A DNA stretch of 63,434 nt, the filler included, from Choristocarpus tenellus KU-1152 (lineage: Eukaryota > Protista > Phaeophyceae), in assembly GCA_964200185.2 (NCBI GenBank). It is 9 parts of 9 records of this genome, joined end to end, with 100 filler letters (N's around TTAATTAATTAA, not from the genome) between each part and the next. Parts side by side here need not be neighbours in the genome. Positions count along the whole stretch, not along the records: positions 1 to 19,053 come from CAXNAD020000495.1; 8 more parts are not named here. The stretch is one strand, 5' to 3'. Below are positions 1 through 11,400 of this stretch, one piece after another (positions within the stretch are counted from its first letter, which is position 1; the number at the start of each line of letters is the position of its first letter). The notes beneath the pieces are model-generated. The model saw only the letters and a program-made list of their open reading frames with translations, was not told where the DNA came from and ran no database searches. The translations under genes and the position numbers were made by a program.

Positions 1-2480
1 CCATCTTAGATGTTGCTCCCATCATTCCTAAGTTTGCACTTGTCCAACCTTAACCTCGTACCCTCGGTCACGGTTCGTCCTTGTTCGTGTGGTCCGTCTT
101 CCCCAGTGATTCTCTTCACCATCCTTGCCTGAGTAAACTACGCCGCCACAAAATTACACGATTCACATTGCATTAAGTTAATAGTTCGAATGAGAACATT
201 TGGTCATCTCACCAATAACTAAAGAGCTTTTACCTACCCTCAATCATCACTTTTCGTAGAACATAATATTCTTGAAGATCCAACGTGTTGGAGACAAAAT
301 TACAAAAGTCAGGTATATATTCATCTTTTTTTGGAGTAAGTATTGCCAATTTATCAGTTTAAAATCAAGCAAAAGATAGGAATTGAAGATGGTAGAGTAG
401 AAGTTTTTTAATGGACTGGTGATCGCTTGTTCTTGGTACAGAACTTCAATTCTGGGAGTTGACAAATTTAACCAATGAGAATAGATTATAGACAATTTGT
501 ACAAATATTAAGTAAGAAAATTACGAGGGTCAAGAGTAGAAGATCCATTAAACAAATGACAGGGCTTATACTGACTCTATATAGTTTTCATTGGTTTCCC
601 CCTTGACACATGTGTAAAATGTCATAGGACATAATAATAATAATAGTGTAGCTGTGAGTAAGATAGGTATGTGAATTCTTGATGTAATCAGCGATGAGGA
701 AAGAACTTGAATCAATACTTACTGTGATGTTCTTATGTTTATATATTCTATTTCCTTAGTGCTAATAACGAGATATGTATAGTTTTCATTGGTTTCCCCC
801 ATGACACATCTGCAAAACGTCAGAGGGCATAATCATAAAATACTTATTGTAAGAAATTCGTCTTCTAACTCCTACTTTTTACCATCTCTAGTTCAACAAG
901 ATCATTGTCACATAGAGTCCGACACCACAAATCAAACCTTTCATGTTGCAGCAGAGTACTGAACATGAGATTGTGGAGGTCCTTGATTGTTGAAGGTTCC
1001 TTCTTCATCTGTGGAGTCTTCTCTGCGCACGCCTCGTATACAAACTTTCTTCCTGTTGTACACCCGTTCAATGAAAGCGATACCTTTCGTCAAGATTGGT
1101 GCCCAGAATATCATGCCGTGAATGTACAGGAGGTGAGCCTCGTTCGAAGCAATTGATTGCGCTTGACGTTAGGTTGTTGCGTATTGGTGATCGATAGTCC
1201 ACTAGTGTACATTTTAATGCTGGAAATACGTTCGGCCTTGGAACAAGGTTGGAAGGAAACTCATTTGGTAGGCACATAGGATTCTCTTTTATCCTCCAAA
1301 TTTCCAAAGCTCGACCGTCTGTCGCGCAACTTGTCGTGTGGAAAATTGCGTGATGTGTTTGATATACTTCTGCTGTGAAGACTGAGGTACTAAGAGATAT
1401 TCTTTGTAAAGGTGTGGGTAACAATAGTATTACGAACTGTCTTCCTCACAATATTGACACCCCTATACGTGTACGCACTTCTCATTATAGCTTACACTTG
1501 AAACAAGTGTGTAGAGAGATTGAGACGGAGGCAGAAGTATGACGATCTGATCAGCAGTTTTCAACCCTACTGGATGAAATGACCCCCCCTCAATCCCAGC
1601 TTCGATTCGCATCTCTATTTTTTTTCGCTAATTGATGTGCTCACCCCAAATATCCAGCTTGTGGTAACTGATGCTCTTCGGGGGAAGAATGTCACGGTGG
1701 CGATGATAAAAGATTATTATGACCCCGTCTACATGGAGTACGACGAGGAGGGGGACGATTTCTCCGGCGGCTTCCTCCTCGACATTCTTAGCGCAGTCGC
1801 GTTGGAGGGAGGATTCGAGGTACGGGAGGGGCTGAGCTGGAAGGGAGTGGCCGTCGTAGTACCACCCTCATCACATTTCCAGATACGAGTACGATACATG
1901 CAATATGAATGAATCGGTCAATCGTTCCAGCAAAGTCCCATACCTCCCTTCCATACCCGAGGAATGCTCTACTCTTGATGGTGCCCTTCTCTACACCCTC
2001 TGGAGTTCTCTCACACATTCTCCTTCGTCTGAATTTTCATCTCCGCCCTTGCTAATTCCTAAGAACCCTGTTAAATTTGAAAGGTGAGCAAGTATCGATA
2101 AACACACTGCTGCTGTATTGATTGATCTCCCCTTGCGAGCTCTTTGTTTTATTGTTGTTTCATAAGTTCTATCCTCGAGAGGGCATGACGATGAATAATT
2201 AGAGACAACAAATGAATATACCCTCCAAACATGCCCTGCCTTTTCTGATATACCCATGACACGTACAGGACGTATCACCTACAAAAAATACATTGTATTA
2301 TGCCTTTGCTGGCACGTTGAGATAGTGCAGGATGCAGGAAATGTCTCCCCATGTTTTGTAATCCCCTTTGTTTGCAATACTCCTCATGAAGTAAATTCTA
2401 TAGTTGTTGCCTCTCTGGTGGTGTTCGAGAACCTCGTCGAAAGCTAAAAAGGTGCAATCTCCATTTGTGTCATATAATAG
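1..2480 (-). mobile_element. Highly decayed Gypsy/Ty3-like LTR retrotransposon pol relics (RNase H-like and integrase-like pieces) flanking the first receptor exon
   Basis: Stop-ridden minus-strand frames: RNase H-like ~2080-2480, CFKCK zinc-finger half ~1490-1510, integrase-core-like 865-1424, and a YEVKVGQV C-terminal piece at 1-130. Bases ~40-135 are clearly homologous to ~51557-51658. Confidence 0.4.
581..838 (+). repeat. Two solo 3' ends of the RLE non-LTR element family (581-645, 779-838)
   Basis: Both carry TTTTCATTGGTTTCCCCC.TGACACAT.TG.AAAA.GTCA.AGG.CATAAT, matching the 3' ends at 29430-29484 and 51365-51416. The first copy has an (AAT)n tail. Confidence 0.75.
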
Positions 2481-5400
2481 TGTGCCCTCACAAGCATCAA
2501 CCTAACGGTGTAGGCATTGAGGTACAAACGTACTGGAGGAAATAACAAATTTTACTTAGTAACACCTGCGCACGATAAAGTTTGGAGAGGCATAAATACA
2601 TTTAGCATATGTGACATGTATGCATAAAATGGGTATATGCCAGGTGATCCCCATTGCTCTGGATACTCCAAACTTAGAAGGTGGAGAGACATGGTCAGAT
2701 TGGCTGCTCCATACCTTTCCACGAGTAGACCTAGTGTCTATCTGGTATGGAGACTCAGCAAGTCGGAGGGTCTCTGGGGCTCTGTTCCCCTTTTGGTGTG
2801 AGTGACATTTGTTTAATTCACATATCAAGCTAACCTTGTCCTAAAGTATGCCCATCATCTTTGTTGCATCTGTATTGTGTGAGTGTGATTAGTTTGGTGG
2901 ATGTGTGCTTGCTATTAAGTGGTATTTGGATGAACGATATGTGTTGTGAGAAGGGGTGAGTAAGAGGAGTGGGGGATGTTTTGGATTGTCAATTCCTTTC
3001 TTCTCACCTTTTCCTTTAGTACTTAATGTATAACCTATGCTTACTGCTGATCCTTTACATGTTTTGCTGTGTGTTTGATAATTGTCATGACCGTTTTTGA
3101 GCAATATTTCAGTTTTTTGGGGGAAAAAAACTGCCGATAAATGGCCATGATGACTGCTTGTCTTGAAAGACATTTGATTTTACTGTTTGTATTGCTTGTA
3201 GATTGGACCTTTTGGAATGGACCCAATGTTTTGTCCTACACTGCTAGGATTTACAAACAAGATAATATCAAATCCAAAATTTGAAACGGACAATAAGTTT
3301 ATTGATATATTGGTATTTCTCGTTCATTTTGCCTCACCCACCCCTCGTGTTCCCCCCCCACCTACCCAATACATTGTTAACTTGGCCGCAATGAACATGC
3401 ACACTTCCGTTGCGTTGTGTGTTGTCATTTGTGATACATTTGTACCAGTCATGGACATCAGCCTTAAGATTGCCAAGCTGAAATACAGCAATGACTCGCC
3501 AATAAGCCTGGCCAGCTTCTTCTCCTTTCTTACTCCATTCACTTTGTGGGTGAGACATTGGATTTTGAAAACTGCACTTGTTCTAAAGTAAACAGATACT
3601 CAAGCAGAATACAAGCAAGTGTTACGAACTATCAAAGCCCACTTCATTGAAGTCAGTTGTAGTTACACTAGTGTTGCAATGTGGTGTACAAAATGATATA
3701 GTACTTTCAAAATTCTATACTTTTTTATCCCATAAAATAGATTGTAAAGCTTAAGGAAAGTACACAGAAGTGTAGTTTTTTTCTCTGAAAGATTTATCAC
3801 ATCTTACTACTAATCATGGAAATGGTCTTTTGCAGGTTCTGGTTTGTACCTAATTTTTTGTCTTTTCTAATTGACTAATGGTATGTGAGAGGGGGGGTCA
3901 GGTGTTTGTTTGGGGCCTGTTTGACCCTATACTGATTTCATATCATATGAGTGAACATGTAAGATGTAAGGGCAATTTCTTCAGTCTGAACACGCATTCC
4001 TTTCCCATTTCCCTGCCTAGGCCAAAACAATAGGAAAATCAACTGCAAAATGGGCATCGGGGTATCTTACAAAACCCCACCAAGAAACCTTGCCTATACC
4101 CACCCCCTCCCTCTAGAATGCTATTGGCCCAACGGAATATGTATGATACTATATGCTGTGCCTGTTCCTTTTTGTATGGAAGGTATTTTATGTGGTTGGT
4201 GCAGACAGATTTTAAGTATTGTAGTTTTCACAAGGAATAACCTCTGTAGACAAAATTGACAATCTCACTATCACTGGGTTGTAATTGAGAAGTTATGTGG
4301 ATGTCAAGATTAATTTTTACTTTAGCTTTGGCAAACCCACAACACACCTTGACAACAATGATGATAAAATGAGCTACCCTGGAGTATTGGCCATTCTTTG
4401 AAGTAGTAGAATATGAGTTGGGAGTGTGTTGCTCCACACCTGTGTATGGTTCAGGCAACCCCTTCCCTGTATAAATTTATGAATTTCGTGGATTTAAACC
4501 CCTTCCATACAAGGCTCGTTTTCACAAAAGTCTGGTTTCGATGATCCAATTTTATGTCGCAAGCACAACAGTTTGTGCACATGTACTATCCTGTTTGTGA
4601 TCACACCTCAAAAACGCTAGATCAATATCTAGGTGGAAGCTTTGTTGTGGGTACACCACAAGATTCGAGGGTGAAGATGGATTGATATGCAGTGGGTATC
4701 CTGAACCTAACATGCGAAAATTAAAGCAGGATCTTGGACACTCTAGTTGGCAATAGTGCAGAATTTTTATTATGTATGAGAAGTAGTGAAATTTGTAGTG
4801 GCTTAAATCCGAGGCCATTAAGATCCCAGATGTTTGTAAAGGTAGCACTACTTACAATCAGGAGGGGGACCGAGTCTTGTTTAGAGTTTGTTACAATCGT
4901 GTATCTAAAGTCGATGCTCTCTCCTTGCAAAAAGCTGGAATTTGAGAGGTTCTAAAAATGCTTCACTCGGCTGTGAGTTGAAGTCAACAAAGAGGTACCC
5001 AGAGTTTAATTTTAGCGATGCTGACACATATGTACATGATAAGTTGGTTTTTTTGCAAAGGCATGGAGGATTTTTTCTCAATTTTGTCGAAACTTTTCAT
5101 ACAGTAAAGAAATCAACGATCTCAAGCCAAACTAAGCATTTCATCCATAAAAAAGTGGGTGAATTGCAAAATATTGAAAAACAGGCTTAAAATGCAATCC
5201 GCCAAAAATCTGGGTACCTCTCGTTTACCTTTGCTCTCTACAAAGATATCTACAGCTACCATTATTGGTATGTGCGAAGCAGTGAATATTTGTAATTATC
5301 CCGGCACATTCCCCCACCCCTTACAAACTCTTACCCCTTCCGACATCTACCCGTAGTAAGCCAAATTGGGACGATGGTTGGCGCAAAATATTGTTCGTGT

Positions 5401-8400
5401 TTGTACTGATTGGCAATTTCCTTGCTTATGATGGCTTCATTATGAAGTAGGAATTCCCTGCTCTTGTCCATTCAAAGGTCAACTTGTGTAGCCCTCCCAT
5501 GTTACACACTTTTAGCATCGCGCCCTGCAGTACCTCATCCTGGCCAAAGAATGATGGCAATAGCCCATTGCATGTGTTTCAAGTAATGCACAGGAGTACT
5601 AGGAATCAGTGTTGTCACTCAACAGCATTGTTGCAACTTGTTAATCCAAGTGTGGGTTACTCTTGATTTTGGTGTAACTCTGTCGACAAATTGTGAAGGA
5701 ACCAAGCACATGAAAGAGAATGTTGTTGTGAAGGACAGACACCCAGAAGAGAAAGAACGCTTGCCAAACGTTAGTCTAAAGCACAGGTATAAGCATAGTA
5801 CAACACGGATTGAGTGCACTTTATACCTTCACCTCGGTCTCTCACTTCCTGAAGTTCCAACTGCCGACCCTTTCCACCAACAATCATTAGATTTTGAGTC
5901 GTCAGAAGGAAGGAAAATAGAAAGTCCTCAGTCCCATTGCCCCCCCAGAACCTTAAAGGAACCTCTCACATTGTCCATTCTAAGAGGCTGAAAGTAGATT
6001 GCACATGTAGGCTTCGTCAGGGTAACTGCCTATATGCCACATTTGGCACATTGCGAAGGACCTCACCATGGTTGGAATAAAGAGTGTCAATGGAGGGGCA
6101 AACAGCACCAGGGAGCTACGTTGCATCTGTCGCTGAGTGTACAGAAGTAAAACATTCCTGAGGCATGATATTTTTCCCCATGTGGGGTATGCTGTGCGAG
6201 GGCAAGTTCTTTGGGTGGATGTCTGTGGGTGGCATCGTTGTCAAATAAATCAGTATCACTTAGATCGACGTTGTGTGAAATAGAGCAGGTTGAGGACTAT
6301 TTTACTTATTTATTCGTCTGGGAGTTATTCCTGCCCTGTGGTCAGTGGCACTACACACTGCCCTACCTCTAATACTGAATTGTGTATATGTGTTGCACTA
6401 TGATTAATTGTACTGCCTCCATTTCTCCCATTTTTACGGTGAATTAGGTTCAGCTTTACCACCACTCACCGCCCAGTCTTCATCCCCAAATCTTCTGCTG
6501 GACCCCCCTTTACTATGATGTATGGTACATGTTTTTGAAATGTTTTTAATGTTTCATATTGTGATTTCTTAATAGGGTTGGTTCTACTAGAGGTACACTC
6601 GAATATTACGTATTACCTCTGTTCGGTATTATAATCGTGATAGGGGCTTCATTTTGTAGACATTCCTCCCTCATTGAGTGACCTGAAAGCTCAAATAGAT
6701 TTCAACATTTCAAAGACTTCCATAATGGGGAAGATAGATGTATTTGTTATGGATGATCAGAAGCACGATCTGTATGATCCTGGCGAGCCTGCTACCCGCA
6801 AGGTGTTGTGTAAGGGCCATAATGTTCCTTGCAACTCTCCCTTGCCCAAGGTTTGATATTGGTACCAGCAGCATTTTGACAGGAAGGTTGGCATCTTCCC
6901 ATTTCTTGAGAGTGCTACAACGATGCGTGACACGAAGTATAGGTGGGCAGGGAAAACTGAAGATATGCTCTTGACGTTCAGTGCTTATAGTTGGGACATT
7001 CCTACCACTAGCAAGTTGCCAAAGGGTCCTGATGTCTACAATCTGAACCTAGGGATTTTCAACTACATCCAGTCCCTCCACAATCTTAGCACCATTAGGT
7101 GAATGAGGTCGATAATGTAGTCCAAGAAGGACAACACCTTCAAGCTGCCTAAGTCGGTGAATGCAATCTTTGAGAAAAGGGCTACCCCTCACCCAAGAAA
7201 GCCGCCATTCTCTACAGAACTGTGCCAAATCGACCAGAGTGGTCTGGGAACGATATTTGATCGCCAATTTGAGGGAGTACATTTAACTAAGGTACATGCG
7301 AATTAAGGTGCTTCTTGGTGTGCGATGTGTAATAATGTGTGACAATAAGAGTACCTTCTTGGAGCCCTGTGGATAATGCGAAGTATTCATGAGCTGAAGG
7401 TGCACACAGCCTACCCATGTTATTTCTACATGATCTTCAAAGTTCTCCAGAGTACATCTTAACTTCAGTTGAGACACTCTAAGTATTTTGTTCCAAATCT
7501 TTGCTATCTTGCGAACATATTACTAAACACAGCTAGTACATGAATGGGTAGCAAACAGTAGTGTAGTGATCCTTTCACGGATTGGATCAGCGCAGGGTGC
7601 AAACCTTTAATTGTTAGGCTGGCCGTGATTTACCTGTTATCTACTACCGGTCGTGTTATTTGTCATTAAGCCTGGAAAGGAAGATGTTGCAATTGTGTTC
7701 ATATACGTGTTGGCTGGTGAACATGGAAGGCATCTACATAAATCTTGGCATTTCTTGGTGTTTAGCATGCTTGGAACCATGATCTTACCCCAAGCCTTCG
7801 GATGGCACTCTAAACACATGTTGTACTACGGATAAGAGACTGGCAAACTGCTGTCATTGAACACATCTCGTGTGTTTGGAATGGGCTATAAAACAGAGAG
7901 GTGGCGGAGTGGGTGGTGCTACCTTTAGCCTGTAAGTCTATGTAGAGATGTTTCTTTAGTTTGGGATTAATTATCTGGGACAAAATTCCATATTCCATGG
8001 TCAAGGAACACCTTATGTGTAAGAAAAAATGAGCTGATCAGATGCAAATGGCATGATATGTAGACCTCTAGATTTGAAGTATGGCAACCACACAGTTGGT
8101 GCACTTCTTGCTGAAGTTGGATGCCAGTATACACCATTCCAAGTGCTTTACATAAACCATATTTTCTCCATCAAGAACCTTCAGGATCACATCACCTGTG
8201 AATTTTCAAAGGAGGATTGTTTCATGTGGGTTGTGTGTACTATGGCAATTCCACCTGGAGACTTGCATTTGCAATACGGTTCTTCAGCCAGCAAGACGGG
8301 TGACTTTGGCAGTTAGAAAGGTTACATCCCTGATTGTATTGGGCAAACAATTAAACAGCCATGTTGCAAAACAGCTTGTTAGAAGTAACATGCTAGATAT

Positions 8401-11400
8401 TCATACGAAGCGAAAGTGTGGGAGGTTGTTGGAGTTCACTCCTACAAACGTGAAGAAACTCCTGAGTGGAATGACGAAGAAAACGTCCTGCACTGTTGCC
8501 CAACCTTGCATGTATACAAACGAAAATGTGAAAGAGGAGATAATTGAGCATACTCACCGATTCAAACCCGTGACTAGTGGTTGCAAAGTCAAATAAAGGC
8601 ACGTATGGTATTCAAGTTTCTTAGGGGCAATAACTTAAGTGTCTTACATGCTTTGCAGTGAAGCAACATCGCACATTGTTAATGAAAGTCTGCATACAGA
8701 CTAGGAGGCGTTCTTGAATGCTATGAGGTTGCAGATCGATAGAAACGAGTGGAAATTCAAACTAACTGAGGGGTGTCTACATGCATTTTAGCCGTTTCTT
8801 GCTTCAAGGAGTTTTAGCAAGTATGTGATAGAATATATGCGAAAAAAGATGCAGGAGGGTTGTGTTTGTCCCACACAACCCTCGTCATTTGAGGATCTAT
8901 GATGAACCTTTTTGAAGTTAGGCTGCCAATTCATCTAGAAAATTTGCTAAAGTAGCATGTAGTTAGGCGTTTATTGCAATTTTTTTTTGGGAGAATTTTC
9001 GTGTATACTGTCAATAGTATTTTTGTCGGTCCTACCGTACCACTGACTAAACCAAGACCCTACTTCAGATCCTGCCTCAAATGTTGTCATACACTCCAAA
9101 CCGTAGCCGTGTCATATAAGTTGAGAGCACTACATAATTTCGACGAGATTCCTATGTTTGGATCTGACAAAGTTGACCCTTATGATTATATCATGCTTCT
9201 AATTCCTTCAATGTGCCTCTGCATGGTTGCTTAACGTCCCTTGGGATCTGTTGAAGTTGCCGTCACTAGGAACGTTTTTCTACCCAAAGACATCTCCGCA
9301 ATGAAAGTTCACCTCTTTGCAATTGTCATATATTTTTTTCTTTACTACCTTGGAGGCATTCACCTCAGTAGTCACGGTCTCCCAGTGGTGGAAGAACCCC
9401 TCACCTCTTTGAAATGAGAACCGTACTGACTGCACATTAGCTGCCCGAAAAACAATGTGTATTTCACTTGTTTGGAATCCAATGTATATCATCTGATAGG
9501 CATGAGCCAGAACATCTAATATTGATTTTGGTTTTGAGATTTTATGTATAATTACCAAATGAACCCTAATGACCTGGTCAGAGGTAGAGCAGCAGTATTT
9601 CATAGTTTTTCTGTAAAGCATGACATCATATAATTTACTGAGGGAACTACCACTTCCTCAACTTGAGGAAATTTTTTTTCACATAAGTTTGCACTTCTGA
9701 TAAACAGCAATAGCTTTCCACGAGAATAGGGAAGAAAAGATATTGAAGCAACATACTTTTTTTCTTTGAAGGAACTACAATCTGTGAATTGTAAATTTGG
9801 TTTTCTTGTGTGACAGGATTGTTTAAAGTTGATTACTGGTGAAGTCAGTGTCATAAATCTACATCACTGTGCATGATTTTTTTACTGTTCGTTTGTCTTG
9901 GTGTTATGGTCTGCTAAGGGTCGAGAGATAGATGGACTCCCACCAAACTGTTCGCAGAATATTCATACTACGAAGTTATTTGTTTCTTTCTGATGTTACT
10001 GCGTTGTGGATGGAAAGCGTACACTCCGTGTATGAGTTTAAGATTCGATTCAAAATATTTCGATGTACGAAATCACGTTTTAAATGTACAAGCAGGTCAT
10101 GAAGTGAGGAGCAAAAATTGCCGGGCCCCTCAAACAAAGCGCCAAGCGAATGTTCACAAGAACATATTTGTTAGATATTTCCCCCTTTAATTTCGGTTTC
10201 AACTCATCCTGATTTTAGTGGATTGTAGGACCTCTGCGCTTAATAACACTATTTCTTTCTTCCTCATTTCCAATTTTTTCCTTTAAAGAAAGTGGTCATA
10301 CTTCTGTGTGGGTAAGTTAAACCTTAAAGTCCTGATAACTACCATTTTTGTACTCCAACGAAGGTTTTTCACTTTGCACAGACCGTTATTTTACCAAAGT
10401 GTTGTTAATGTTGTGGATTAGGATGACAGATAAATTGATATGGAAATAGAGATCCAGTAGTTCACCTGGAATTAGTCCACTCAGGATTGCGCATCTTATA
10501 TTCAAACAAGACTGCCATCTCCATTTCAACAACACGTCAAATTCCTTCCCTCTCTCATTTCCTCTCTCGTTCCCTCAATTCCATGGCATCTGATGTTTAA
10601 CTGTTCACTCATTCCCCCCCCCTTCCTCTCCATGTGCGAAGGTGTGGTTGTCTATTCTGATAGGCACAGTATTAACTGCAGCTCTGGTCTGGTTGTTTGA
10701 ACACAAGGGCAACAAGGACATGTTCCCTCCTCCCTTCAATGTTAACCCTTTGCAAGGTATCCTGCTCTCTATATATCACGGCGCATCTTTGTTTACACAG
10801 TCTGGAAATTGGCTCCCTGCGACTCCTGTTGGTCGCTTGGTTTCATGGTCTTGGTCAGTGGTGGTTCTGGTAGTCATTGCTACCTACTCGGCTGAGCTGA
10901 CTTCTTCACTTATTGGGAGCAATACTGATAACACCACGATCACAAGCATTGAGGATGCTGAGAAAATGAGAGCAACGGTGTGTTTCTGTGTGTGGCAACG
11001 TAAGGAAGAGTGGAGGGAAGGAGAGTGGTTGGGGAGGTACCTGTGATTGATTTGGTTGGTTTACTTGTATTCCGTGTGTGCTTCATTTCACTTTCTTGGC
11101 AACGGCTACACGCCTACAGTTACATCTGAACAAAGGGCGGCTTTATGCTTTATTGAGTAAATATTCTCAATATTTTTAGTTTTTAGAGTAGGTACAGTAG
11201 TTACTCTCATTTGTCTGAGGTGTGGACTTAGGAGGTGAGGAAGAGTGGTAGGGGGCAGGACTTCGTAGTCTATAGCCATAGGGGACCGTATACATGCATG
11301 CACATGATGGGAGCACGAGGTGATGATTGTACGTTATCACTGTGCAGGATTGCATAACTTGGCACAACCAAAATTGAGCTCTCTATATGCTAGAAGAATA

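Noticed and set aside
7650-7900. Faint resemblance of LFVIKPG...GKLLSLNTSRVF to bunyavirus L protein segments
   Set aside because: No RdRp core motifs (e.g. SDD) were found downstream, and the similarity is too weak to support.
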